Shown here piece after piece: positions 1 through 13,700 of a stretch of DNA of 64,000 bases. The stretch's first letter is position 1; each line of letters starts with the position of its first letter. The notes beneath the pieces were generated by a model. It worked only from the letters and a program-made list of their open reading frames with translations. It did not search any database and was not told the DNA's origin. Made by a program: the position numbers and the translations under genes. Origin of the DNA: Bugula neritina. Taxonomy: Eukaryota; Animalia; Bryozoa. The stretch is taken from contig OZ037765.1 in NCBI GenBank assembly GCA_964035545.1, positions 23,745,504-23,809,503 of the forward strand, written 5' to 3'.

Positions 1-639
1 TGAAATTATTTTGCTTGGTGTTCAACAGAACAAAAAAACTTTTTAAACTGATCAATGCAGACCTGCATATCATTACTGTTATGTCATATTGTACAGTATA
101 TATTTACATATAGGTGTGCATAGAACTATAATTACAGACAAAACTTTTCACTCAAAAGCATATATTATTATAACACAAAGTATGATCATAAAATCATGTC
201 TATTGGCTAACACCCATCATGTTATCGTATAGAAGTGGCATCTCTATTAGATAATCAATACTAAGTAAACATATAACTTGTTGTTTAATAGAGTTTACTT
301 ACTACAATGACTGCATGATGGATACTAATTATTATATCAATGTATAATATTTACTAAAACATTAAATTGGTTCTTCACTACATTAGCTATACCTATTATT
401 CCAATTACCTCAAAAACAAAGGGACGCTATGTATATATTATTTGTATGTGCAAATGTAAACTGGTACTGCAGCTATACTGTAAAGTTTAGGTTTATGATA
501 GAGCTATATGCTAATGTAACATCTAAAAGGTTAATGCACATTCATGTAAGTGGCTCAGCCATAGAATAATGTAATAAAGTTATCACCACTATGTTTTATA
601 GAGTGACAGAGTAAGTATAGCTGACACTTGTGGTCTTAC

Positions 640-3600
640 CATTAAGCCAGATAACACTGCTACACCTCTTCCGCAGTATGTATGTGGGATAAAATCTCCA
701 TACCCTACTGATAGGAAGGTTATAGCGACCAAATATAAGGAATTCAGCAGGTTTTTTAGGAGTTCATTGTGCCAGCTAAAAAAGCAACATTTTATACTGC
801 AGATATATTTATATGCTAGTCAACAGTATGGCTAGTTACAATCAGAGTTCTCAGTACAATATTATTTGGAATGTTCAGGTATAAAGAAAAGTACCATAAA
901 ATGATGCTGCTGCTACAACTTCACACCTGGACTGAGTGTAATTACAATGAGCTTTGCCACAGACAGTATTACCATACCAGTACTGTATAAAGTAATTAAA
1001 ACAGTCATGCTCTTTTTGGCAATACAGGGACTGCCACAAGGGCCATATCAGGGCATTAGTATCTCATTTAAAGCTGCATGACCTTATAACAAATCCCACT
1101 GTTAGTTTTTGTACATGAAAAAAAACAACAATTGATTATAAATATGATAAAATACTACTATAAAAAAGCAGGTTCTGTTAACTTGTATAGTTATCTCTTT
1201 GGGTGCATATTTTCAGTAACAAATGTAATTATAGTTAAATTTGATTGCTCTTAACCTTACCATTCACATGCCCTTAGAGTCCACGCGAAGATAATCCAAA
1301 GAGACAGTGTAAAAACCACTAAAACTGTTCCTGGAAAAATGTTCATTAGTGTTTTCAGAACAAATCTCGTGTTAAAAGTGATTTTGTTAAGTGCACCGAT
1401 GCTTCTAGATGAGGCGTCAGTAAAGAGTTTGCTGTGTAAGAGCATCACTCTGATGATTAAGTATAGCCTCATAAACATGGGCAGAGAGAACAGGACATCA
1501 GTGGGCACGCTGGCCACAACCCAGTTTAATGTTTTTATATCTAAAATAGCCCACTTGAAGTAATGGGGCCCTGGTAACGGGTGAACGGCACAGATTATTA
1601 ACTCCATCATAATCTGAAATATTCTTCTCCAAGACATACTGATCCTCCAATCTTCTACACAATTATCCACCACAAACAACTAAAATGCCAAGTAATGTAG
1701 CAGTATGCAAACAAGTTTAAACTGGCATAAATGAATGTGCTTAGTTCATTTTTGTGTAATGATACTATTTATAAAAAATTTACAATTATTACGAATAAAA
1801 CGGCAACTGTGATCAGATTCATTCAACTTTTTGAGTTTTAGTAAATGCTACTTGACTTACTTTAACTTCAATGGCATGGTAGATACTAATGAGGCATAAA
1901 AGGCACACTGTAGTAAGACTAATCATGCTCTTTATTACATATGATCCAACTTTCATCTACAAATATAAAATGTGTCTGTTAGTAAAGTGCCATAAAGTAG
2001 AAGTCTAACATCCTAAGAAATCCATGAATGTTTTCAAGTAATTATTGCTCATAAAGATACTAAGCAAGTTTCATCAATACAATATATAGTTTAAACTGGA
2101 TAGGCTGGTAACAGTTAATTTAATTTAACATAACGATAGAGTATGCAAAAAAGGTCGGGCAAATTGTAACGATTTTTTCTAAACTTCTTAATGCATAGGC
2201 CTATAAACTTTTTTGTGCTGCAATGAAAAATAGAAAAAGCAACATGTGTAAACAAACCAAAGCAAATTTTGAGATTAAAGTTAATCAAACCTAACTTAAT
2301 TTTAAAATTGCATAGAAGTACTGAATTACTAATAGAGGATTTTCAATTTGACTGAGAGTCAATTTACTGTGGATGTTATTGCTACTATGATATTATTTAC
2401 TGTTGGTTGATAGTACATTTGGTCATGTGAAATTAAAGCAAGTTTTTGAAAGGATCAGCTTTGTTTTTCTATATAACATTGACGGCTATTCAGCATTTCT
2501 TTGCACACATACAGTTCATGGAAAATGTTTTAATTTCCTGTCAAATAAAATAACATGTGATCAATCAATATAATATACATGTCTTATATGACTTCGTCAG
2601 AATGAACATGCATGTGTAATAAATGATAATAATGATAACTGCATCTAAGTGTGTAGTACACATTACTATCTCATGAAGCTGGCATTCTATGCTTGCAATG
2701 TTTTAATGTAATTAGTTTTCATTGAAATGGGCTATTGAAGTTCTGCTTGTCTGAGCTTAAACATAATAAAATGCAGATACGATCAATCACAATGTAATAT
2801 ATACTTTGATAAAAAATTGATTTGACTACCATTGCTATATTATATTAGGTACAAGTAGTTATGGTGAACAATCTCTATTTCTATTGATTGATGCAATTAC
2901 ACTGAAATACACTGGGAAAATGGGAACCACCTTACAGTATTTGTCAAAACATAACTTTGCTAGCAAGTAAACTTTAATACCATCACTTATACAGCCAAAT
3001 AAATTCGTTTTATCATCTCCTGTTTTATGTGCTTATCTACTAATGAGCTTTCGACTTATACTTAGTAGGTAACTTCAACTAATCAGCTATTGCTACTGTA
3101 ATATTATAAAGCACACCAAAGCATATTATGTAGCATGAAACTTACTACTTCTGCCTAATTATAGCGATAATCGAATATACCAATCATGAATTTTAATTAC
3201 TTCGACATACACAATAAAAAGTCAGTTCTGGTATGCATGTTTTGCTTCTTATTTTCCTAATCAGCACTCTGAAGCTAAAAATACTAGTTTATCAAATATT
3301 GAAAGTATTTTTTATTTAAAAATTAGTTATGTTACAATTGCCTACTAGAACAATCATTACACAAAACTAGAAAAGTCATAGTCCATGGAAGGTCTAGTTG
3401 AAGTATTCTGCATACTTCATGTCTCAAATTTTGTGAAAAGAAACCTTTGAAGGCTCTGCTCTTAAATAAATTTCAAATCTGTTTAACAATATTTCAAAAT
3501 TTGTGATAAAGTATTAGATATGGTATGATGTGTATTAATTTCTGAGCTAAGCTTAAAGTACTCAAAAACAAATATCAAATTATTTAATGTTTTCCCACAT

Positions 3601-4958
3601 ACATATACAGTCTGCTGATTTTTTATTGTTATTATATTATCATAACATCTTGGCACTAAGTGTTGGGTAGAAATGATTTATATCATACACTTGTTATACA
3701 AGTATTACATTCTCTGCAAGATTTATTACAGAACTAGCCTGTTAGATGGGTTCATTTTCAGGCTGGCCGTATTCCTAAGAGGTCTATCGCACTAAATAGT
3801 GCACTCAGTGTTATGTAAGCATGCTTATTTTATTATTCATGCCTTCAAATCAAGTTGTGCTGTGCAGACTATTGCGTATTATAACAATAACTTGCGGCCT
3901 AGATGTCATTGTAAGAAACTGCTATGTATGTACCAGTTAAATACAATTATACAATGCCATTCACTATATTTGTTACAAACTATATTTTGTAATATGCTGA
4001 TAAATATTTTATGAAAACATCAGCAGTTTTAAACCTCCAAGTATGCGTTATCAATAATTTATAAAAAACTAGTAAAAATCCTGTCTTCTCTCTTATATTA
4101 AACAAAAACTGCCGTATTAACTGTCGGTTCACGTAAACTATAAGCTTAAAAATTATATCAATTTGAAAAGTTACTACTGCTTTTTGTATATGGCACTAAA
4201 CATATTCGTAATATACTCACTTTCCACAGTACGTTGACAATGGTGAATTCCATTTCAATAATCATAAGTGCTATTCCAACTAGCGCTAGCAAACAACTGT
4301 AATCTGCTATCTTTCTCCTGTGCTCAGCCAGAGTTTTTCGCCTACCAAGTCTGTAACCAGCATGGTGATGCTGACTAGACTTGGAATTGGCATAAACACT
4401 TTTGGTTTCGATGACTCTGGCTGCTTGGCCCGTAGGATCCATCACCGGAACTCTGGCACACAAGTTGTGGACCACTGTACTGTTTCGCCTTTTCGGCATG
4501 TCCTTAATTGCTTTTCCAAGAGAATCTTGGCTTTTTGAAAATGGCTTTTGCAACTGTTTAAATCGAACGCCCATGTTACCACTAGCTTTTAGGATTTCCA
4601 CGCCAATATTAGTTAATGTTGACTCATACTTTGCTTGATGTTTACTGTCTTCATCAAACTTCAACTGTTCTGATCTGTTTTCAGAGTTTTTTGAGCATAG
4701 ATCTTGACTGCCCAGTTCTACAGAAAAATCCTTCTTTGATCCTAAAGATGGAGATGACCTCTGCATTGACGATAAGTGGTTTTGAGAGTTGAGTGAAGAT
4801 TTGAATGCATTACGTTCTAACTCGCTGTATGTGGCAATCACGGTAGCGCGTCTTTCACTGTAATACGAAGTAGGTGGACTGTTAGATATACTCTCTAGCT
4901 CTTGTAGTCGACCATTGCATTGGACTGAACTTGATGTCAATAGTGACTCCTGTTCCAT
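640..4958 (-). CDS. KCNN: Small-conductance Ca2+-activated K+ channel (SK/KCNN family), 5' part; continues off the left edge
   Basis: Exons 4958-4221, 1956-1861, 1679-1261 and 775-640 join in frame with GT/AG ends. They encode [37 protein letters not shown] (S1), [25 protein letters not shown] (S2), [34 protein letters not shown] (S4 and S4-S5) and pore [20 protein letters not shown]. Confidence 0.96.
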
Positions 4959-7900
4959 TTTGCATAGCTTCAATGTTTAAGATAAAAACTTGTAAAAACT
5001 GCAACCTGTTCAGTCTACTATAAGCTTACTATAAGCAATTCGCATGACTCTTAAATGATGAAGTTATATAAGCACGTATACAAATCCATTCTGCATCAGC
5101 CTGACAGCCTTCATATGATTTGAAGAACTCATAAGTGTATCATAAATAACCTGATTTAAATATTTATTGATCATGCGCATCAGCCAATCAGAGGAGGATA
5201 TCAGACTTGTAACAGATAACATCTAAAAAGAAATGTCTTAAAGTCAAAAGTTTTTAAAATGAACACCATTTAGTTTCCTCACATTTATCTTACTGCAAAA
5301 CAAAATATTTCAACAGTTTCAAGTTAGAAATTACTCATATTCTATGGAGTTACTGCAATAAATATGCATGGTAGGTAATGCTTATAGAACAATTAATAGT
5401 GAGTTAATGCAATTAACACCATATGGTACATTAATAGAGCTTAGTGTTGAGTATCTAATCATCTGGACAGGAAATGAATAGCTACATGCATCTAGCTGTT
5501 GAAGTTTTTCAATGTTGGTTTTTTAAATTGTCTAATGGTTATTTATTTTGTTGATAATTATTTAACTCTTGAGTAACTTTTATACAGTTAAGATTATTTG
5601 TTAAAACTTTACTGCACATTCTAAATTTCAACAATAACATCAGTTATCAAAAAATAATTATTGCTATTATAGTGTAGGCTAATGTATTTGTATAAAAATT
5701 GTAATGAGTAATGGCATTATTAATTACGGCCTTAAAATACTACAACAATTATTAAATCTATAAGTTGTATGCCATGAACTAGTAAAACATAGCATAGTTT
5801 AACTTGAAGTTATTTTAATCCAAAACATAGTACAATAGTTTCATTTACTTGAATAAATTAGATTGAAAAAGATTAGGATTTTCAAGTTTTACTCAATAAG
5901 AAAAATGTATTGTGCGACAAGAATTACATATTATGTACGACATGATGAGTATGTCTTGTACTGCTAGTGCAGTGTAGTTGAGTTTAAGTAGAACAAACAA
6001 GAAAATCAATTAGTCAAGAAGGTTTTAGATTATAAAGTCTCTTGTGACTTCAGAACAGCCATAACACACTGCAATAATGCTCTGCTATAAACTGCCAATA
6101 AAATGAAAACGTGATTATTTTTAGCCCACTCTATTTTACTTGTGCAAAGTTTGACTTATTTAAAATTTAAAATCTTTTTACTGATCAATAATATTGTACT
6201 TTGAGACATTGTAGTAAATTTAAACTTAGCAAGCTCCATCAATTAATTGTGGGTTTACACTTGCAAATGTGAAATAATATAACAAGCTGACATAAAAATT
6301 ATTCATGCCATTAATGGTAATTTTCTGACACTACACTAATATATAATGTAATGACTGATATATATCTGAATAAATTTTAGCAAAAAAGCATTTCATTACA
6401 TTAAGTTATATAACTCTGGGAAGTCACATTGTGTAACATGCTTTGAACAAGTCATGCGGACACATCGTAGCACATTTCTATTGGCTAGTTGCTCACTCAT
6501 TAAAGTCATCAATTATGCTAGGCTGCAGATTTACAAAAAAATAGCTTGCTTATCTACTTATTACCTCTTTGTTCTTCAACAATCATGTGTTGTGTATAAA
6601 ATTTATAACATTTGAATACATTTTGTCCACTTTGACCATTTAAATCTTTAAGATTTGTATTAAATACATTGAAGATATTTAATGAGAATGAAAATATATC
6701 TACAATGATTTTTGATGTAGATCTGACTTTTTGAGAAGAGAATAAGACATTGCACTATTTCTATTTTCTTGAATTACTAAAATATCCAATGTCTTACTTT
6801 AAAAAACCTTGCACCTATTTGTAGCATTATAATAATATGTTGTTAACTACATGTTAGTAAAAGTTATCAGCTAACATAATATTTTTTGTTGACTGGTTAA
6901 AGTCATTGGTTGTAATGTTTAAATCTTGCGAATAACCATAAATAGCAGTATACAAATTGACCTTAAACAATTTCTTTTTAAATTTATACCTGGAAATGCT
7001 ACAATTACTTTTTAAGTGCAATACAAATACAGAATGTATTAGGGCTAGTAAGCTGCAGTAAAAAATGAAGTGAAAAAAGCTAATACATTTACACTGTTCC
7101 TAATTATAACTTTATAGCTATTATTATATTATCGTGTTTTTCACCCACCTAGTCAACAGTCAACAAAATAAAACATGATAATAAATATTACATAAAACTA
7201 TATTGCCGGCAGAACAGATGTTGGATTTAATTAGAACAAGCGCAGATTTAGAATAGGGCCTTTTACATCATCTGTGAGATATAAACCATGTAGTCATAGC
7301 ATTGCTATAATAGCTTTATTGTACTGCATTATAAATTATAAGAATATAAATTGTAGAAACATTACAAAAGTCATTAACATATTAAACAAACTTTTGAATC
7401 TCAAAACATGATTAGATGAACTAAAAGTTTTAGGTGTTGTGTCAATAAAGGTAGCAAATACTATAAATGCTATCAACATAAATTCTCAAGATAGCCATAA
7501 TGTGGCTGCACTTTCATATTGTCTTGCATTGAAAGCATTTTTGAATTGTTAAATTGAATTTGGTGCTATTTTATGCTACACTATTTTGTTGACTTGTTTT
7601 TCACCATAAAATATAAATGTAACTATAAGCTCAAAGAAACTTAGTATTATTCTTCATTTTCATGAATATTGGTGTAACCATAGCACTAAATGGATTTTTA
7701 TCTACATGGTTAAATGCCTTTCCTGACTTCTATTGCATTTACTAATTTGTATTTAGCTGTCAAGCATACATTAATTAAAGTGAGTGTTGAAATTAAAAAC
7801 ATTAAATACGCTGATTGCATATTTTACTAATGCCTGTTACTTGCTGAAAATCTAGTCAGACTTGGCCTGCCCTGGGAGTCATAACCAGCGAATCAGTGAA

Positions 7901-8463
7901 CAATAACAATGAACTGGAAACAGAGAGGATATACATCTACTCTCCTCAAAGAAAGGCAAACAACAGTTTTCCCTACGGCTAGACATCTTGAAGGTTGAAG
8001 TGGCACTAAATGACGAATTTGATTTTATCGATTTGTTAAAAATAAGTATTAATAAAGCAATTAATGTCATTGTGAATTATTAGGAATATTAGTGACAGTG
8101 ATATACCATCTACACTTGTCCATGTATGATCTTATGGGAATATCAACTACACAATGTGATGTAACAAGGACGACAGTTTAACAGAATAAGAAAACCATGT
8201 TTATTTCAAAGTATAGTACACGGCAATCATATTATAAATTATAGCGAGCTTATAAATTTAATATTAATTTAGTAAAGTTCAACATGAAATATAATGATAT
8301 GAAAAATATAATTTATTGAATTTATCTTTAAAAAACTAAGATGAGCAAAAATAATGAGATGGCTACACAAATTATATTATGAATTATAAAATTGCTTCTG
8401 AACAATCAGGAATAAATATTAACGTAGGAGTACGTGAATGTCATCGCGTATTTAGTAAGGTAA

Positions 8464-10696
8464 TTATGGGAGGGTCTGTGAAATAAACCTGTCACCAGTA
8501 ATGATGTTGGTAGATAAGATGAGAAACCTATTGCCTACAATAAACAATACAGTAAAATGTGAGACATGGTTAAGAATACATTTCACTTGATGTCTCTATC
8601 AGTTTTACTTAAGCACTACAGTCCACAGTATGCACAGTTCCCACATTAAAATTAGCAATTAGTTCAACAAATGTCTATGCAAACCATCCTGAAACTGGAG
8701 GTCACTATGTTACGGAGTTGATGTATCAGAATACACATTAGACTGGTGACTTGCAACAAAAAATAACACATTACCAACGGTGTTACGCTACTGCGACCTT
8801 ATTAACATATTTTACAATTCATCAGAGACATTATTCAAGGTTTTTAATTTAAATATCTCAACTCAACATTAATAAAAGCAACGCACTTGATTTGTGACAC
8901 CATGTCAACATCTCCATGATGCAACATCAAGCATTTTAATTTCAACAAAAATTTAAATTAATTTCAAGTACTAAGCAATCACAAATCACTGTCGTACTGG
9001 TATCATGATGTAGTAATATTTAAATTAGAGAGCAATATTTTAAAAATGTTAGTTACACTGGTATAGTAAAATTTTGGAGTTCCTAGCAAAGAACCAAAGG
9101 CATATTATGTAATAATCTTTAACCTGGTTGTACCTCAGATATATCAATTATATGCAAGTCATTCAAGAGAAATACTAACAGGAAAGCCTGAGCAGGATGT
9201 ATAGTATACAATAATTACCATATTTACGGCCTAGAAATCTCAAAGCAGCTATTTCAGAGTACGTTACACCACCCAGAAAGAACACCACTACTGTCTGGTC
9301 AGCAGGATCTCGGGACTGAATACCACCTGGCTTCCCACCTGAAATATAAACAACACTGGGTGGTACAAAACTAGTTAGCTAACAGCAAATATCAGTATGA
9401 GCATTGTTTATGTGGGATTCAATTTGAATGAAAGCAAATTGACAAATTATGTAACACTACACAAAGCTTCTATTAGCAGCTAACTGTAAGCCAACAGCAA
9501 TACCATCAGTATCAGTACATAAGTTATAGCAATTTACAGGGCAATGATGATAGTGTTAATACATCAGCTCTAAAGCAAATAATCAGGCAGAGAAATGACT
9601 GGGTAATACAAGCAGTTGACTATTAGAAGGAGTTGTCCCCCTAAACTATTAATGAAGCGTATAATTACTAACATGTTGAAGTAGTCACTAATTCACCTCA
9701 TAACCAAATCTCAAATAATGAATGGGAAATACAAATGCATCTACTGTATGAATGAGATACAAATCTACAAAGTCTATGGGTGTAATTGTGCTAACATCAT
9801 GAGCATAGTTATATATATATGTATGTAACAAGCTCATATTATATCTCATTAGACATTTATAGCCACTATAAAGTTGATGCATAAGTGGAACAAACATAAG
9901 CAAAGTCTATTTAAGGAAACATGTGCCCAATTAAACTGTTGCCTGTAGCAGAGTATGAATCACTCCAGAGCATAGAGTGGGCTACTCACTGCATAACCAG
10001 ACTCTACCACACAAAGAAAAGATTTATGTGTGAGAATTTCACCAACAAAAACAACTCAGACCATAGAATTGTAACTAAGTGATGTTTACCTCTAGCTGAC
10101 TGAGCCTTGACAGACTGCCCGAAAGAGTTGGTAATCAGCTTGATGCTATCCTCTATGCCTGTGAAGCCTCGCTTTTCAATAATCTGCAAAAGAAGCGAAA
10201 CAACTAGCACCTCTTCAATATCTGCAGCATTAGTTGTGACTTAGAGAGTTGCCAACTCATTCATTTGAGTGAAATAAGGCAGAGTTATCACCCATGAGCC
10301 AAAATCCTCAAATAACATTGAATTACATGATTTCTATGGTGTGTATGAAAACATTTCAACGTACAAAATAAGTTAAGGCACTTTTTGCTATCTTATAAGA
10401 TATAAATCACATGTGAAGGTTTTTTATTTTAAAATCTAAACCCCAAAGCAATCATTATTGCTAACAGCTACTTTGTTTATTACGCCCACTTTCTTTTATG
10501 AAATCAAAATGAATTTTGAAATTGAAGTGTAATTATTTTCCCTGCAAACATTTTTTATAACAAAACTAACAATTCTGAAACAATTTCTGGCAAGAGACCG
10601 CAAATGTAACAAGAAATTAACTTTTTAATACACCATCTTTTGAAATGCATATTACTTAACAATTGTTTATGGGTGAACCTTATATATATATGTATA

Positions 10697-10736
<40 letters not shown>

Positions 10737-13700
10737 TATATGTATATATCAGGGTTAGGGTCAATTACATGTAAATGTAATTAATTACAATTACAATTAC
10801 ATGAAGATTTGTCAATTACAATTATAATTACAGTTAAAAAGTAATGTAATTAATTACAATTACAATTACATGGTAATGTAATTAATTACAATTACAATTA
10901 CTTTTGTTCTCACAAGAAATAAATAGAAGTTATACAATGTCACTTCTAGGGTCCAACTACCAGGGGCAATGTTGACAGTGGTGAACCTTCTTTGTTCTCA
11001 ACAATGATACTATAGGGTCATTTCATGCCAAATCAGCCAAATTTTAAGGGGTCCCACGCCTTTGCGTCTCAGATTTTGCTCATATTTACATCAAATGGAC
11101 CTACACCATGTCCGGAGTACTATTCGTAAATATTTCTGGCCTGACACAAAAACTTTTTGAGAAATGACTATTTTTGTGAACAAAAGTTGGAAAATATTTT
11201 GAGGAAAATTTGTGATTTATACTTTTAGACTAATTTATTAACGTCTATATCTCAATAATTTTTCTAGACAGAGCCTTAAAATTTGGACATTTGGTGAGTT
11301 GGCATGGAATGACCCTATACTATATTAACTTAATCTGAACTTGTTATTTAAAAGTAGGCATGGTAGGAAAAGAACAGATTTTTTAAGATTTAAAAGTTTG
11401 AAGTAATTGACATGTAATTATAAAGTAATTGTAAAAATCAATTACATTAGATATGTAATTAATTACAATTACATTTTTATACATCAATTACAAATTACAT
11501 TCAATTACTTGAAAAAATGTAATTAATTACAACCAATTACAATTACAAATTACAATTACCCCAACCCTGGTATATATGTATAAAAAGTGATACTGATGAA
11601 TGCAGATTTAGAGTAATCTAACAGAAGTGCCTTTCAACAAAGCAATGTTGAGTATATTACATACCAGTTCCACCAGCCTGCAGGAGAGAGGTGTGTAAGC
11701 ACCACTGAAGACATAAGACATGTCTGTGGGGTTTCGTAAGTCAATCTCAACGCCACTCTTGGGTATCTTCAAAAGAAATTTGAGCAATAGCAAAACATAT
11801 ACTTTAACAATTTCATTATCAAAAGGTTTTGGTGAGACAGCCGTGTTTTTAAAAAGTTGCCTAAAATAGAATGCATCTCATTTTTTATATATTAAAACTC
11901 TTAGCACTTATAAACACTGGAGAATAAACATATTGAAATTATAGAGACACAAGTCTCTATATTATACATAATATGGTATGCATTAATATATTAACAAATT
12001 AATAAATAATCAGACTATCTAGAACAAAAATACAGGTTACAGCATGTCAAGTTCATACTAAAATCATTAAGTTGACATGTCAGCTGTCATAATCTAAGTT
12101 ATTCTTTAGCAACGTAACTACTTGACTTGAATAAGTGGAGTTAAGATAGTATTGAGGAGTGAAATAAATAGGAAACATGACTTTTGGTGACACAATAATG
12201 AATTATTATGTGAATCAATACAAGTACAACGAATTATGATGCTATATCTTTGCATACAGCGGTAAGGGAAAACTTTTTGAACACTCAGTATATTAAATTA
12301 CCAACCAAACCAAACTAAATGCTTACTAAATGTAAATTCTTGCTCAATATTTGAAAAGAGCTTTTCCTGGGCAGATTCAGTTTGCCAGTTGCTATCTTAA
12401 GACTAGAAGAAGAACCACCTGGAAGTTTAACAGTTGTCTGTGATGGATTTGCCCTTTTAGTAAAAAGGCCGAGTTTCAATAAATTATGGAATGTCACAAC
12501 ATGTTGATATCCGTGACTCTGCAATAAAACAAAACATCAGAATATGCAGCAAATAGTTCAGAATATTAATTGCTATATTATTTTTTTATATTATATTATA
12601 TATATATAATTATATTTATATAATATAGCAATTATATTGCTATATTATATAAACATATAATTACTATATAAATATAGTAATACGAGAATTAGTTGAACAA
12701 TTTTAGTTTTCCTCCAAATATTAATAAGTTGCAGAGACGTCCACAAAAAGGACAATAACCTGAAGGAATGCTGTCTTCAGAGACTCGTATGTTTCTGGCG
12801 AGAGGCCATCTTTGACGAGAGACAGCAAGCACATGAGTCGTAAGATAGTCGCCGGTCTTTGCTGTTGGTAGATGCATTCTTCTATGTATTTAGTATTTTC
12901 AGTCATGCTATGTCCTTCCAGTAGACCTGCACACAATATAATATAGTAAACCTGGGTATATTACACCACAATATATAGCAAACATTGGGATATTATACAA
13001 TATATCACAGTAAACCTGGGTATATTACACAATATAATATAGCTAACATGGGGATATTACACCACAATATATAGCAAACATGGGGATATTATACAATATA
13101 ATATAGTAAACCTTGCTACACTACAAAGCTCAACACACTAAAGCACTGGATAAAACAAAGAAACAAAATATATCAAGATAAGACATGATGCAGTTCAGCA
13201 TTATTGTGCAATGTGCAAGACAGTGATTGAATACTGGGTGGGGGGGGGGGGGGCAGTAAACCTACCATGTTCTGTAGCCAGCTGATCCTCAAGTTCTCCA
13301 GAAGCCGTCTTTCTTTTGGTGATTTCCTCGCAAGCACTGATGTGTATAGTTAGAGACTTGTGAGTTGCCTTTAATGACTTGAGATCTTTCGCTACGAATT
13401 CTTTCATCTGCGCTACACTCATTTCATCCTTCTTCTGCAAGCATTGTCGGGAGAAACTTTGAAAACATGTGGGGCAAACAATGAACTTTAAAAAAGTATG
13501 AAAAGCTCCAATAGTACAGCTCAAAAGTGATCAGAATAAAACAATATATTTTAAAAATTGGTTTAAAGAGAAGGGATATACGGAGCTTCTTACATCATAT
13601 GACTTCTGCAGCTCTTTGGCTTTGGCACTCAACTGTTTGAACACAGTTGAGAAATGCTTGTTTCGCACCTCTTGAAATAGCTGCAATAGTATTCACATTG

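Noticed and set aside
10750-10760. Interstitial telomeric repeat (GGGTTAGGG)
   Set aside because: Only ~1.5 units, explained as the transposon TIR.
12931-13112. CRISPR-like array
   Set aside because: Head-to-tail minisatellite without unique spacers, in a eukaryotic intron, with no cas genes.
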